A DNA stretch of 64,000 bases from Candidatus Saccharimonadota bacterium (GTDB lineage: Bacteria > Patescibacteriota > Saccharimonadia > Saccharimonadales > DTSZ01): contig DTSZ01000001.1 in assembly GCA_012965045.1 (NCBI GenBank), forward strand, positions 812,024-876,023, read 5' to 3'. Below the pieces are notes generated by a model. That model ran no database searches. It was not told where the DNA came from and saw only the letters and a list, made by a program, of their open reading frames with translations. Of the stretch, positions 53,590 to 63,241 are shown piece by piece. A program made the position numbers and the translations under genes. Every line of letters starts with the position of its first letter. Positions within the stretch are counted from its first letter, which is position 1.

Positions 53590-54807
53590 ATGGCTGCTAA
53601 CGACTATACCTATAAAGCAATAGACTCGACTGGCGAAAATATAGTCGCGACTATTCGAGCAACTAATGTTGAAGAAGCATCAAAAATGCTAATCGCTAAA
53701 AATCTTTATCCTTACAGCGTAGAGCCGTATCGAGGAAATAAATTTAATACACAATTCCTACAAGATAAACTCAAGAAAATAAGCGCAAATGACAGGGTGA
53801 TTTTCACTCGACAACTTGCAACGCTAATTAAAGCTGGGCTCCCAATTGCTTCTGCAATGAGGCTGCTAATTGATCAGATGGAAAACGTCAAAATGCAAGA
53901 CATTGTCCGTGAATTATCTATATCAATTGAGGCAGGCAATTCTTTGGCGGAAGGACTTCAAAAGTACCCAGATGTATTTAGTAAAGTTTATGTAAACGTT
54001 GTATCAGCTGGTGAGGTATCAGGAAATCTCGACGACACACTTTCTAAGCTTGCCACTCAAGAAGAAAAGAACGCTACTATCAATAGGAAGATTAAAGGAG
54101 CACTAACGTATCCGATTGTGGTGCTTGTTGTTGTTTTGCTTGTGTCAGGGTTAATGATCACAGTCGTTCTACCAGAGGTAGGTAAAATATACACTGAGTT
54201 GAATCGTCCAATTCCAGCGCAGACCAATATGCTGCTCGGGCTGGCAAGCTTTTTGACTAAATTTTGGTTCCTTATTCTATTTGGATTGGCTGGAATGTTT
54301 TTGGGAGTCCGCTCCCTGGCGCAAACTGATAAAGGAAGAAGGACGATTGACCGCTTTAAATTAAATATTCCTGGTTTCAAAACCCTCATCCGCAAGGTAT
54401 ACATGACTCGGTTTACTAGCACTCTGAGCTCATTAATTAACAGCGGTGTCCCCATGCTGCAGTCGTTAGAGATTACAGCAAATTCAATAAATAACATTCA
54501 TCTTGAGGAGTCAATCCGCCTGATCGCTCAGCGCGTTAAATCTGGCGCCACGCTTTCTAAGCCGATAGAAGAGGATGAAAACTTCCTGCCGTTAGTGGGT
54601 AAAATGATAAGTGTCGGTGAAGAAACTGGCAGCATTGGTGATAGTTTAGCTAAAGTTACCGGCTACTATGAAGAAGAGGTTGATCAGGCCATTGACAACT
54701 TATCGAGCCTAATTGAACCGGCAACAATGATTCTTTTAGGTGGAATGATCGCTTTCCTGGTTGCTGCTGTACTACTACCTATATACGGCCTTGTAAACGG
54801 AGGGTAG
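53590..54807 (+). CDS. pilC: type IV pilus platform protein PilC (GspF family)
   Basis: 405 aa with a duplicated T2SSF domain and three TM segments. The N-terminus is YKAIDSTGENIVATIRATNVEEA. Confidence 0.9.
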   Translation: MAANDYTYKAIDSTGENIVATIRATNVEEASKMLIAKNLYPYSVEPYRGNKFNTQFLQDKLKKISANDRVIFTRQLATLIKAGLPIASAMRLLIDQMENVKMQDIVRELSISIEAGNSLAEGLQKYPDVFSKVYVNVVSAGEVSGNLDDTLSKLATQEEKNATINRKIKGALTYPIVVLVVVLLVSGLMITVVLPEVGKIYTELNRPIPAQTNMLLGLASFLTKFWFLILFGLAGMFLGVRSLAQTDKGRRTIDRFKLNIPGFKTLIRKVYMTRFTSTLSSLINSGVPMLQSLEITANSINNIHLEESIRLIAQRVKSGATLSKPIEEDENFLPLVGKMISVGEETGSIGDSLAKVTGYYEEEVDQAIDNLSSLIEPATMILLGGMIAFLVAAVLLPIYGLVNGG

Positions 54808-54836
54808 TTGACAGTAGTTTTGAATAAGCTTATGAT
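54808..54836 (+). promoter_or_regulatory. strong sigma-70 promoter for the major pilin gene
   Basis: TTGACA (54808-13), a 17-nt spacer, then TATGAT (54831-36). The SD sequence TAAGGAG lies before the ATG at 54888. Confidence 0.55.
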
Positions 54837-54887
54837 TAGAAATATAGTATAGCTATTGAAAAATAAATTAAGTATAAGGAGTGGGCA

Positions 54888-55322
54888 ATGCTCAAAAAAT
54901 TAAACAAAGACAGTAAAGGATTCACCTTGATTGAGATAGTCATTGTACTTGCAATTGGTGCGTTGATTATTCTAGTTGTTATCCAAGCAGTCGGGGCCGC
55001 TCGTCGATCGCAACGCGACAGCGCTCGTAAAAGTGAAGCCGGCCGAATCGCTGCGATAATGGAGCAGTATGCTGCTAATAATAATGGACTATATCCAGCC
55101 AACACTGGTGCTAACGGTGTTGATGCAGCGCTTGATGATTATGATGCGACACTAGGTACTAAGTATACATTTACGACAGGTAGTAACCCTGCAACGCAGT
55201 GTCCTGCAACAGTAACTTCGAATACATTCGTAATGCTTTATCAACGGGGCGCTGGTGGACGATCATATGGTCTACGCGCTTGCCTTGAATCAGGCACTGA
55301 TCGAACAAACTACGGCCAGTAA
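54888..55322 (+). CDS. pilA: type IV major pilin
   Basis: Prepilin leader MLKKLNKDSKG / FTLIEIVIVLAIGALIILVVI. The 144-aa gene has its own promoter and a strong terminator. Confidence 0.88.
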   Translation: MLKKLNKDSKGFTLIEIVIVLAIGALIILVVIQAVGAARRSQRDSARKSEAGRIAAIMEQYAANNNGLYPANTGANGVDAALDDYDATLGTKYTFTTGSNPATQCPATVTSNTFVMLYQRGAGGRSYGLRACLESGTDRTNYGQ

Positions 55323-55349
55323 GCCTTCGTTAGATCAGTAAAAAATCAT

Positions 55350-55380
55350 AAAAAACCTCGCTTTTACAGCGAGGTTTTTT
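55350..55380. terminator. rho-independent (bidirectional) terminator after pilA
   Basis: AAAAAACCTCGC, loop ttttaca, GCGAGGTTTTTT: perfect 12-nt complementary arms with A/T tracts on both sides. Confidence 0.85.
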
Positions 55381-55424
55381 AAAAACTACAATACCGTAGT
55401 TTAAGTGCTATAATTTAATTAATA

Positions 55425-56099
55425 ATGAAGCTTATGTTAAAAGAAAAACAAGCAGGTTTTACATTAATAGAAATTTCTATTGTTCTAGCGCTTACAGCGT
55501 TTTTGGGCTATGTTTTAGCAGGATCGTTTAAAAGTAATAATCGAATCGAAACATTCAACACTAGTATCCAAGAATTAGCATCTTATATCAGAGAGACTCA
55601 GTCTAAAAGTTATGCCGTTGAACGACCATCAACTGGAGAAACGGCAAGAGGCAGTTTTCTTAATTTCGAACCTACGAATAATGTTGCACGAAGAAGCTTG
55701 TTGTATGGATTTAGTCTAGAAAGGAACAGTCAGAATCAAAGAGCTGGAATTGTAGGTCGAGAAATAACACCAGACGTCTTTGATTTTACAACAAAAGAAT
55801 TAGACCTGAGGTCGGTAGTATATGATGTGAGTGGCTCAATGGACGACAGTAGCGGATCATTAATTAGGGATAAATCAACATCCGGATTGACGGGCCTTGC
55901 TAGCCTTTCACCTAATGGCCAAGGCTATTTGCTGCACGGGACGACTGTTAGCGATCCATCTAACTATCACTCTGGAAGTATTAAGGTTTTTATCTGTGAA
56001 CTTAGCAACCGCTCAAATAAGTTAACTGCAAGAGTGACAATAAATACCATTAGCGGTATTATTGAAACAGAAGTCGGTGGAAATTTAGTAGCATGCTAA
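55425..56099 (+). CDS. minor pilin / pseudopilin
   Basis: Prepilin motif KQAG / FTLIEISIVLALTAFLGYVL. Confidence 0.8.
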   Translation: MKLMLKEKQAGFTLIEISIVLALTAFLGYVLAGSFKSNNRIETFNTSIQELASYIRETQSKSYAVERPSTGETARGSFLNFEPTNNVARRSLLYGFSLERNSQNQRAGIVGREITPDVFDFTTKELDLRSVVYDVSGSMDDSSGSLIRDKSTSGLTGLASLSPNGQGYLLHGTTVSDPSNYHSGSIKVFICELSNRSNKLTARVTINTISGIIETEVGGNLVAC

Positions 56100-56695
56100 T
56101 AAAAATAACTAATCTAAAGAACTCTGAGTCAGGTTTAACACTGGTAGAATTAGTTATTTCCCTGGCCCTGTTGCTAGCTGCAGTTATTGCAAGCTCACGA
56201 CTTATGAACGCGGCTGCGCGTAGCTCTGCCGAAGCGGGACGTCGCACTCAAGCAACATTTCTAGCCGAGAGAGAATTTGAACTAATAAAGAACATCCGAG
56301 ATGGGAATATTACCGCAGGCAGAAATGCGTGGCAAGGCCTGGACTTAACGGATCTCGGTTCAGCCACAAAGGAATGTGTTAATTTCTACATGGATGGCAA
56401 TAATAATCCAAATAGTCCACAATTTACTAAAGTTAATTTAGGCCCTGATGTTACACAACAGTATGATAATAATGATCGACTTTCGAGTTCTGAATCAGGG
56501 GATTCTTACGCAACTTTCAGTAGAAAAGCAACGATGTGCGAAGACATCAACAACACGCCAGGCTCTACGCTCAATGGCAGGTATGACAACAACATACGTC
56601 GCATAACAATCACCGTTGAATGGCAGGAAAGCAACGGCCCCACTAGATCAGTAGAGATTGCAAATTCATTAACAAATTGGAGTCAGGGGCTGTGA
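56093..56695 (+). CDS. minor pilin (PilV-like)
   Basis: Prepilin motif SESG / LTLVELVISLALLLAAVIA. Confidence 0.75.
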   Translation: MLIKITNLKNSESGLTLVELVISLALLLAAVIASSRLMNAAARSSAEAGRRTQATFLAEREFELIKNIRDGNITAGRNAWQGLDLTDLGSATKECVNFYMDGNNNPNSPQFTKVNLGPDVTQQYDNNDRLSSSESGDSYATFSRKATMCEDINNTPGSTLNGRYDNNIRRITITVEWQESNGPTRSVEIANSLTNWSQGL

Positions 56696-57285
56696 AGTTA
56701 ATCGACGACATAAGAGGTTTCACACTGACTGAGGTCACCATAGCAATGGCCATCTTGTCGGTTGCCATTACCGGGGCAGCGGCAACTTTCATCACTCTAT
56801 CCCGACTACATCAAAAGACGATAGCTATCCAAGAAATACAGCAAGAGTCACGATTTGTAGTTGAATCTATTGAGCGGGACATAGCAAACAGTTCGAACGT
56901 ATATACCCGCGAAATGACATTAGGAGTGCCTGACGACGGGGATCCTTCGAATGATATGCTCGTAATTGAAAGTGGAATAATTGATAGACAAGAAATCCGC
57001 TATACGATCGAAACAGATGCTGGTAGACGTCGGCCATATAGGCAGCTATGTACAACAGTTACTAACGGTGCAGGTTTATGCACCGGTCAAGCAAAAGCCC
57101 CAATGACTAGTTCTGATATATTTTTAGTTAGTGGTCAATTTACGAAATATACCTCTGCTCAAACTGGCACCGGAGCAGGACTTGTCGCACTTTCTATGAC
57201 ATTTGAAAAAAATTCGAATCTAACGCGTGAAGACCCTTATTTTTCAGCATATCAAGTAAACTCCGCAGTATCGGTGATGGATTAG
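56692..57285 (+). CDS. minor pilin (PilW-like)
   Basis: GTG at 56692 in a GTGA overlap with the upstream stop. Prepilin motif DDIRG / FTLTEVTIAMAILSVAITGA. Confidence 0.7.
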   Translation: MKLIDDIRGFTLTEVTIAMAILSVAITGAAATFITLSRLHQKTIAIQEIQQESRFVVESIERDIANSSNVYTREMTLGVPDDGDPSNDMLVIESGIIDRQEIRYTIETDAGRRRPYRQLCTTVTNGAGLCTGQAKAPMTSSDIFLVSGQFTKYTSAQTGTGAGLVALSMTFEKNSNLTREDPYFSAYQVNSAVSVMD

Positions 57286-57288
57286 AGC

Positions 57289-59511
57289 ATGAAAATAAGA
57301 CTAGTAGCATATGACCAAAAAGGATTCGCAGCACTGTTCGCATTGCTATCGTTCAGTCTTTTATTAGTCACTATCAGTGTCTCGGCTAGTAGGCTAGCAA
57401 CATCCGAAATCAGAAACGCATCTAGTAATGATTTGTCTTCTAGAGCCTCCGCTGCCGCTGATGCAGGGATAGAAGAAGCGTTTCGGAGATTAGAAGAAAA
57501 TCCCCACGAAGAAGACCTGAGCGACCTATTTCCAGAGCAAGCAGGCTCAGTCCGTGGAGATAGGGCTGTCTTAGTTCGAGAGGACCAGCCTTCGGTTAAT
57601 CTTCAGGTTGTCAGAGATACTGGGGTTAGTAGTCCAGGGGATCTTGAATATTGGGAACAGCGGAAAGTATATAACGCATCTTTTAATACAAGCGGGATAC
57701 AGCAAAAAGATGAGACAATTCAAATCGATTTATCTGATTTGGGGCAGATAGGCCCAGACGGTAGACTGTGCAGCCAAGATAATGTTGCATGTGACGGCAC
57801 TACGCCCCTCCACCCATCTGTAGATGGCATAACGTATTGTGTTTTAAATTTAACCTCGATCGACACACCGGAATTTGAATGGACTATATCTGACTATGCT
57901 GTAAATAATCCAGCGAACATACGCACCAATAAATACTTAGTCAATTACAATGGCGGTATTGATAATATTACCTCAACTGGAGGTGTTTCACAGGTAGCTG
58001 GCCCCCCTAATGAACGCTGCTTTAGATTTACTATCCCAAATCGCACTGGACGCCGATATATATTACGAATCAAGCCTATTTATGACACATTAAATCCGAT
58101 AGCCCGTTCAAACAATCAGCAAGAACTACGAGTGAGCTATAACGTAAAGCTAAACCATACCGTATCCGGTGGACAGGTTGTTATTAAGGATAACTCCGTA
58201 ATAGTAGATGTAACAGGTGTAGCAGCGGGCGGAGAAATTGCAGTTAGGAAAATTGCTAAAAAAGATCGAAACGGCCGACTCCTCGGTTTATTCGACTATG
58301 TTCTTTATTCTGGCGATCCAGGATTCCCTCTATGTAAAGCCGGAGTGTTGTTTGATCCTAATAATGACGGAAACCCAGACGATCTTACCTACAACTTACC
58401 GATATGTAGTGGATCTGCTGCAGGAAACCAGACGCCAGGCTGTACTGATCCGCTGGCTCTTAACTACAATCCAGATGCAACTCAAGATAATGGTGGCTGT
58501 CAGTATCCAGTTGCGGGATGTACGGACCGGTCTGCGTTTAATTATAACCAACAAGCGACAATTGATGACGGTAGCTGTCAATACAGCGACAACAATCCTG
58601 TTGCCCCACCATATCAGCCTCATTTTAAAATTGAATCCAATCAATTTAGAGACAGCAGTGGTCGTTCAGGGGCCGCGATAAGCGATAGAACTGCTGATAA
58701 CGGCGTGGCAAGTGCTATAACGCGTACTCGCAGCACATTCAACTACACATACACAGGAAGCACTACATACCAGCAGTTCATGATAGCAGCCCGACCCAAT
58801 AGCTCAGACTCAGTTATAGTTGGCTTCTATCTCAATAATCAATTAACTGGCATTTTTAACGTAAATGACGCCCTAAATTATCGAGCGTATTCAATAGATG
58901 TAGATGTCGAGCAAGGAGACGTCATCTCAATTGTCTACGAGAGGGATAACACTAGCGGCAACAGTGAATTATATTTAGACTATGCAGGATTAAACAACCC
59001 AGTGGCGCCGCCACCACCACCGCCGCCACCACCACCGCCACCGTCGCGAGAGCGAAGTTCGGAGAATATTTCGTTCCAAAAAAATGTCGTTTTCGAGGAA
59101 TTAAGTTCGGGATGCGGGAGGTTTTCTCGGTATCTTGATGGTGATCCATCTAGCGTCAATGACGGGTACCGCGACACGGTATTCTATCCTCCAGGCACTA
59201 GAGACTGTCCGCTTAGTGTCGTAGTTGATTTGGGCAGAGACTATAGCTTAAGCGAAATAAGAGTTGAGTGGGGGCGTTACGGCTGCCAGCATTATCAAGA
59301 TTGCAGCATGGGGGGCAGCTATATTGACACACACAATGTAGGCGGTGTAGATTCGGCCCGCAGGTTCGGTCAAACTATCTTCGGTGGTTGGAGTCCAGGT
59401 GGTACGTCTACAACCTGGAGGGGATCGGTAGATTCCGTACGATACTTGAGGTTGTATGCGAGTACTTCCTTCGATTGGATTGGTGTCTATGAAATAGAGG
59501 CTTATGAATAA
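57289..59511 (+). CDS. PilX-like large pilus-associated protein with Cys-bracketed NYN repeats, a Pro12 linker and a C-terminal discoidin (F5/8 type C)-like domain
   Basis: The N-terminus QKG/FAALFALLSFSLLLVTISV is pilin-like without Glu5. It has a 2x GCTDxxAxNYNxxATxDxGxCQY repeat and APPPPPPPPPPPPS. The C-terminus has SVNDGYRDTVFYPP...VVDLGRDYSLSEIRVEW...YLRLYAS...GVYEIEAYE. Confidence 0.75.
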   Translation: MKIRLVAYDQKGFAALFALLSFSLLLVTISVSASRLATSEIRNASSNDLSSRASAAADAGIEEAFRRLEENPHEEDLSDLFPEQAGSVRGDRAVLVREDQPSVNLQVVRDTGVSSPGDLEYWEQRKVYNASFNTSGIQQKDETIQIDLSDLGQIGPDGRLCSQDNVACDGTTPLHPSVDGITYCVLNLTSIDTPEFEWTISDYAVNNPANIRTNKYLVNYNGGIDNITSTGGVSQVAGPPNERCFRFTIPNRTGRRYILRIKPIYDTLNPIARSNNQQELRVSYNVKLNHTVSGGQVVIKDNSVIVDVTGVAAGGEIAVRKIAKKDRNGRLLGLFDYVLYSGDPGFPLCKAGVLFDPNNDGNPDDLTYNLPICSGSAAGNQTPGCTDPLALNYNPDATQDNGGCQYPVAGCTDRSAFNYNQQATIDDGSCQYSDNNPVAPPYQPHFKIESNQFRDSSGRSGAAISDRTADNGVASAITRTRSTFNYTYTGSTTYQQFMIAARPNSSDSVIVGFYLNNQLTGIFNVNDALNYRAYSIDVDVEQGDVISIVYERDNTSGNSELYLDYAGLNNPVAPPPPPPPPPPPPSRERSSENISFQKNVVFEELSSGCGRFSRYLDGDPSSVNDGYRDTVFYPPGTRDCPLSVVVDLGRDYSLSEIRVEWGRYGCQHYQDCSMGGSYIDTHNVGGVDSARRFGQTIFGGWSPGGTSTTWRGSVDSVRYLRLYASTSFDWIGVYEIEAYE
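58441..58584 (+). repeat. two tandem 24-aa Cys-bracketed repeats (CTDPLALNYNPDATQDNGGCQY / CTDRSAFNYNQQATIDDGSCQY)
   Basis: Read directly from the translation of the 57289 gene. Confidence 0.85.
59008..59043 (+). repeat. 12 consecutive proline codons (CCG/CCA)
   Basis: ccgccaccaccaccgccgccaccaccaccgccaccg. Confidence 0.95.
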
Positions 59512-60337
59512 TAAACTTTTAGTAAAACTATTTACAGTGATTGTCATTGTAGTTGTGGCTAGTGTGTATGTTAATTTCGATACAAATCCCGAAGGGGCAC
59601 GTATTGATGGTTTCATGATTAGCCAAGATGTGGCAGAAAATGACCTTAGAATCACAGAACTAGAAAAAGAGATTTACGACGCTACTAACCAAACCAGTAT
59701 CGAATTTAACATTGAAGACCGATACAAGCGAAATTTAGTAATTAGTAAATACGCCCTTGAGTATTCGCTTAATGTGACAGAGCAGGAGGTTAATCGGACA
59801 TTTACAACAGACGTTCCGCAAACTGAACCTATCCCCGGCATTCAGGAACAGCCAGAATTTTTCACCCCAGCAGATATCTTAACTACTGAGGATCTAAAAC
59901 TTTTACACATAAAACAACTGCAACTTCAAAAAGTCGTCGATCATATTAACAAATCTAATCAGCTACAACCTTTAATTGACGAAAACTTACAACGGGCAAA
60001 AGCAGCATTAGATGAACTTTCATCAGGCACCCCGGTTCTGACTGTTTTTAAAGAATACGCACCTCATGAAATTGTGCTCAATGATGATTCTGAAGAAACA
60101 ATTGAGCCCACTCCCATAGACCTACTTCCTAATATTGATCAAAAATTAATCAATCAGTATGCTCCAGGCGATCTTGTAAATATTATTATTCGCGAAGAAA
60201 CCGTACCTACTATTTATATCCGTGACTCAAGGGATGAAGACAATGTGTATGTTTTGAAATTCTTAAGCCCTTCAGCATATTCCTGGATTCAAAGCCAGGT
60301 CGAAAAAGCCGACATTGTTATGGGAGTAAGTCCTTAG
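59504..60337 (+). CDS. membrane-anchored hypothetical protein within the pilus operon
   Basis: ATGAATAA overlap with the upstream stop. N-terminal TM helix LFTVIVIVVVASVYV. No motif recognised. Confidence 0.55.
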   Translation: MNNKLLVKLFTVIVIVVVASVYVNFDTNPEGARIDGFMISQDVAENDLRITELEKEIYDATNQTSIEFNIEDRYKRNLVISKYALEYSLNVTEQEVNRTFTTDVPQTEPIPGIQEQPEFFTPADILTTEDLKLLHIKQLQLQKVVDHINKSNQLQPLIDENLQRAKAALDELSSGTPVLTVFKEYAPHEIVLNDDSEETIEPTPIDLLPNIDQKLINQYAPGDLVNIIIREETVPTIYIRDSRDEDNVYVLKFLSPSAYSWIQSQVEKADIVMGVSP

Positions 60338-60378
60338 ATTTATTGTTTATTAACAGGTAATGATATAAGCTATTAAGC

Positions 60379-61410
60379 ATGAGCATATTAGATAAAAACG
60401 TAAAATATTTCGGTCTTGATATTGGTCAATCATCTGTTCGATTGGTTGAATTAGATAAAGGCCAAACTAAACCAGTTTTAAAGCACTATGGGCTTATTCC
60501 GACTGACACAGGGCTAGAAAGTGATGCAGAAAGTATCGCCGAGGATCTAGGGGCGAAAATAAAACAGCTGATAGGTCAATCAAAGAGCAGTGCTAAATTT
60601 GCCGTCGTTGGTTTAAGTGCTCTAAATTCATTCAGCAACCTGATCGTAACTCCAAAACTTGCAAAGAAAGACCTAGAAGGCGCTATTCGCTTGCAAGCTG
60701 ATCAATATATACCGATGGAATACAGTAAAGTTAAGGTTGACTGGGACTTAGTAGGTGAAACTAAAGATGGACAGTCGGAAGTATTTTTAGCTGCAGCACC
60801 TAAGACTATGGTTAATAAAGTGCTTCGCATAACTCAAGCAGCAGGACTTGAGCTTTTAGCAATAGAAGTTAATGCTGTAGCAATGGCTCGTAGTCTTAGC
60901 GATGAGAACGATAATTCGGTTGCCATATTAAATATTGATGATAACTTTTCAGAAATAATTATTGCTCGTAATGCTAAACCGTATCTAACTAGAAGCTTAG
61001 ACGTTGGAAACGAAACCTTAATTCGTACTGCCATTCAAAACTTAAATATTGATGATGCGCAAGCAAGGGAATTCGTGTATAAGTTCGGACTCACAACCAC
61101 TAAGCTGGAAGGTCAAGTATACAAAGCACTTAAAGGATCTATTGATAGTTTGGTTGGAGAAATAAAAAAATCAGTAGAATTTTATCAGAGCCAACATTCT
61201 GATGAGGGCATAGAAAAGCTTATACTCGCAGGAGGGGCTGCATCAATACCTGAACTTCCAGTTTATTTAGCCAACGCACTTAATACGTCCGTTGAGATTG
61301 CTAATCCTTGGAGTAGTATAAGTTATCCTGCATCAATGCAAGACAACCTAATGCAATACGCAACGCAATTTACAGTTGCTGCAGGCCTAGCACTACGTAT
61401 GTATAAATAA
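60379..61410 (+). CDS. pilM: type IV pilus assembly protein PilM (actin-like ATPase fold)
   Basis: YFGLDIGQSSVRLVEL N-terminus and LILAGGAASIPEL near the C-terminus. Confidence 0.85.
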   Translation: MSILDKNVKYFGLDIGQSSVRLVELDKGQTKPVLKHYGLIPTDTGLESDAESIAEDLGAKIKQLIGQSKSSAKFAVVGLSALNSFSNLIVTPKLAKKDLEGAIRLQADQYIPMEYSKVKVDWDLVGETKDGQSEVFLAAAPKTMVNKVLRITQAAGLELLAIEVNAVAMARSLSDENDNSVAILNIDDNFSEIIIARNAKPYLTRSLDVGNETLIRTAIQNLNIDDAQAREFVYKFGLTTTKLEGQVYKALKGSIDSLVGEIKKSVEFYQSQHSDEGIEKLILAGGAASIPELPVYLANALNTSVEIANPWSSISYPASMQDNLMQYATQFTVAAGLALRMYK

Positions 61411-61428
61411 GGTTTACTAGGTAGCCTT

Positions 61429-63228
61429 ATGATTTTGACGAACGAAGCTCAACAGAAGCTAGAAAAACTCATCATTGATGCGGGATTTCTGAGCAAGGAA
61501 GAGGTTGACCAACTTAAAGTAGATTCTGCAAAGACAAAAAAATCTATTCTCACCCTAATAAACGAACGTAATTTAGTCACAGAAGAAAGCTTAACGAAGC
61601 TTACAGCGCAAGCTAACGGCCTACAGTATGCGAATCTAACTGCCTTTAGGCCTCAACCGGATATCTTGGAAAAAATACCTCGAGAAATTGCTGAGAGCTA
61701 TCAAGCAGTACCGATCGGAATGATGAAAGGTCATTTAGCGGTGGGAATGATAGATCCTTCAAATATTCAAGCGATCGACTTTCTGAGTCGAAAAATTAAT
61801 AGCTCTATTACGCCGGTCTTGGTGTCAGGCTCAAGTATCCAAGCGGTTCTAAAACAATATAAAACCGATGTGGCTCAAGAAGTAACTGACGTTATGAGCT
61901 CGGTAACAGATGTTATAGAAAAAGAAGCACAAAAAGAGGCTGCAAAACAGTCGGCCTCAAAGAAGGACTCAACATTAAACAATATTGTTCAGGATGCACC
62001 GATAACTCGTGCTTTAAAGACCATAATGGAGTATGCCTTTAAGCAAGGTGCATCAGATGTTCACTTTGAACCGCGACCTGAAGGATTTCGTGTTCGCTTT
62101 CGTATCGACGGTATATTACAAGAAGTTATGACCATGCCGAAAGCTATTGAACCAGCGATTGTTTCCCGAGTAAAAATTTTATCCAGATTAAAGATTGACG
62201 AGCACCGTATACCGCAAGATGGTGAATTCCGCATGACTATTGATGGAACTGATGTCGACCACCGTGTGTCTGTATCTCCGGTGATCTATGGTGAACAAAT
62301 CGTGATTCGTCTGCTTGTTAAAGATTCGGGGCTACTTACTCTCGATAAACTTGGTTTTAAAGGCGACGCGTTGAGGACTTTAGAGCGTGGTATTAAAAAA
62401 CCTAACGGCATGGTGCTTTCTACTGGCCCAACGGGTTCCGGTAAGTCAACTACGCTGTATACACTCATTACCTTCATTAAAGACATTGCCATAAATATCG
62501 TTACGCTTGAAGACCCAGTGGAGTACAAAATGGATGGCATTAACCAGATCCAGGTTAATAGTGAAGTAGGTTTAACGTTTTCGAGTGGATTACGTTCAAT
62601 TCTTCGTCAAGACCCCGATGTAGTTATGGTTGGTGAGATCCGAGATGGCGAGACCGCTTCACTTGCCGTCCAAGCTGCCCTTACGGGCCACCTTGTGCTT
62701 TCGACACTGCACACCAACTCAGCGCCAGGTGTTTTACCTCGACTGCTCGACATGGAAGTTGAACCATTCCTGATTGCTTCAACTGTTAATACTGTTATCG
62801 GGCAGCGCCTCGTCCGCCGCTTGTGCGAGACCTGCAAAGAAGAGGTCCAGTCAACTGACGCTCAAGCCGAAGCTATTCAGGACACTTTGAGTAACGTACT
62901 AGCAAAGTCAGAGTCCGGTAAAGCCAAGGTGGCAGAACGCACTGGTCTGGATAATTTGCCATTACTTACCGATAAAGCTTATACTTTATTTAAACCTGTA
63001 GGCTGCGAAGAGTGTAGCGATGGCTACAAAGGACGCATGGGAATATATGAGGTGTTCGAAGTCGACGATAATATAGAAAAAATTATCTCCAAAGACACTA
63101 CAACATCTCAAATTACCAAGATCGCTGTCGAGCAAGGCATGATAACCATGAAGCAAGACGGCTACCTTAAAGCATTAACAGGCATAACAACTGTCGACGA
63201 GGTTGCGCGAGTGGCCTCAGCAACATAG
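61429..63228 (+). CDS. pilB: type IV pilus extension ATPase PilB (GspE family)
   Basis: N-terminal GspII-like domain, Walker A GPTGSGKSTTLYT, the Asp box/Walker B MVGEIRDGETA, and a tetracysteine-region remnant CETC...GCEEC. Confidence 0.92.
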   Translation: MILTNEAQQKLEKLIIDAGFLSKEEVDQLKVDSAKTKKSILTLINERNLVTEESLTKLTAQANGLQYANLTAFRPQPDILEKIPREIAESYQAVPIGMMKGHLAVGMIDPSNIQAIDFLSRKINSSITPVLVSGSSIQAVLKQYKTDVAQEVTDVMSSVTDVIEKEAQKEAAKQSASKKDSTLNNIVQDAPITRALKTIMEYAFKQGASDVHFEPRPEGFRVRFRIDGILQEVMTMPKAIEPAIVSRVKILSRLKIDEHRIPQDGEFRMTIDGTDVDHRVSVSPVIYGEQIVIRLLVKDSGLLTLDKLGFKGDALRTLERGIKKPNGMVLSTGPTGSGKSTTLYTLITFIKDIAINIVTLEDPVEYKMDGINQIQVNSEVGLTFSSGLRSILRQDPDVVMVGEIRDGETASLAVQAALTGHLVLSTLHTNSAPGVLPRLLDMEVEPFLIASTVNTVIGQRLVRRLCETCKEEVQSTDAQAEAIQDTLSNVLAKSESGKAKVAERTGLDNLPLLTDKAYTLFKPVGCEECSDGYKGRMGIYEVFEVDDNIEKIISKDTTTSQITKIAVEQGMITMKQDGYLKALTGITTVDEVARVASAT

Positions 63229-63241
63229 GGTGGAGAAAAAT

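Noticed and set aside
58980-59177. Minus-strand ORF containing a poly-Gly run.
   Set aside because: It is simply the reverse complement of the Pro12 codon tract in the 57289 gene.
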